A stretch of DNA of 64,000 nucleotides from Oculina patagonica. Lineage: Eukaryota. The notes under the pieces are model-generated. The model was not told the origin of the DNA and made no database searches. It saw only the letters and a program-made list of their open reading frames with translations. Positions 63,078 to 64,000 of this stretch are shown here, piece by piece. Where the stretch lies: NCBI RefSeq assembly GCF_052425735.1, contig NC_135767.1, positions 3,906,001 through 3,970,000 of the forward strand. Direction: 5' to 3'. The translations under genes and the position numbers were made by a program. How positions within the stretch are numbered: position 1 is the first letter of the stretch; every line of letters starts with the position of its first letter.

Positions 63078-63270
63078 ATGAGCCAACTGATCAACGAAAA
63101 GCAAATCATGGGGGAGCTAATTTCACGAAAAGATGTGGAGCAAGCGGTTGAAGCAATCAAAGAAAGCCCTATGGTTATCAGAACACCTCTACTCCAAAAT
63201 GCTGAAAGTATATTTGGCTTTAAAGACCAGTGCAAATTGCATTTAAAACTAGAGAGCATGCAAAACACAG
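63078..63270 (+). CDS. Exon 1 of a PLP-dependent fold-II enzyme (serine racemase / threonine dehydratase-like); partial
   Basis: ISRKDVEQAVEAI...RTPLL...LHLKLESMQNT-G|GT, the start of the KxExxQxTGSFKxRG motif; I found no further exon in the window. Confidence 0.8.
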
Positions 63271-64000
63271 GTGAACCCATCGTTGGTTATCATTGCAGTA
63301 CATTTTTTTTAATGTCATTCTTTAGTATGACTAGTATTAGCTAGTATTTGGTGAGACTGGTGAGAAATCAAGGCTTTTCTCATATTTGAAAATTGTGTTT
63401 CTGAGAATTAACATGTTGGTCTGGTCATCTTGCTCTATGAAATTTGTACCCCACTCTTAATATTGAAACCAGTTTTAAGAACAATTTTTTAAACCAAGGA
63501 TAAGACTTCAGTTTCTGATAAGAATTCAGCTGTTAAAATCAAGAACAGCCTTTTTAAAATAAGGAAATAAACTCTGATCCTATGTCGTGTGATTTGATTG
63601 TTATGAATATTGTTTTTAAAACAAAATTCCAGGTTTTAGAGGGCCTTTTGCTGGCATAGGCGGTGCGGGAAAACAGAGGAAACTCCTTTATGATAGGAAT
63701 GGGGAAGCTCATCATATCGCTCAGGGGTGTAAATTTTGGATTTTCCAATAAGCTTCTCCATCCTTTTCATATGGGAGTCCCCCAAAGTATTTCGGGCGAT
63801 GTGGCAGCTTTCGCGAGGTTTCACATGAATGGCTTGCTAACTTTCGAGAGAACAGTAGAACAAACAACAGGAACAATGTCCCTAGCCCCCAGAACAAGAG
63901 CAACTGCTACACTAGAGGACCAGTAGAATTACAAGCTTATTGATCCTGCTACATTATTGAGTAAATGTTTTGGTGAATTTGAAAGTGCATGGCTACTGAT

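Overview
AT-rich, intron-containing animal genomic DNA. The gene set and repeat families (tRNA-type SINEs, Harbinger/hAT/Tc1 MITEs, L2, Penelope) look cnidarian, probably a stony coral; this is an inference. I hand-spliced ten gene models with GT-AG junctions and consistent phases: (1) QNG1, queuosine salvage; (2) intronless TMEM168, head-to-head with (3) SAMTOR/BMT2; (4) an 8-exon RECK-like gene whose N-terminal half is an acidic, His-rich, Ser-Gly-repeat region; (5) a tiny acidic protein with a CCC-aaX tail; (6) a JMJD8-like JmjC oxygenase with C-terminal TPRs; (7) a 10-exon multipass membrane protein (UPF0658-like); (8) a harmonin-N/PDZ/PDZ protein ending in a WH2-Central-Acidic (WCA) module; (9) a convergent multi-PDZ plus death-domain protein; (10) exon 1 of a serine racemase/threonine dehydratase-like enzyme. 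A 5'-truncated Penelope retroelement carries a minimal hammerhead ribozyme. The most novel-looking items are the PDZ-WCA candidate Arp2/3 activator with its PDZ-death-domain neighbour, the acidic RECK chimera and the JmjC-TPR protein. All family calls come from motif recognition by eye; no database search was run.
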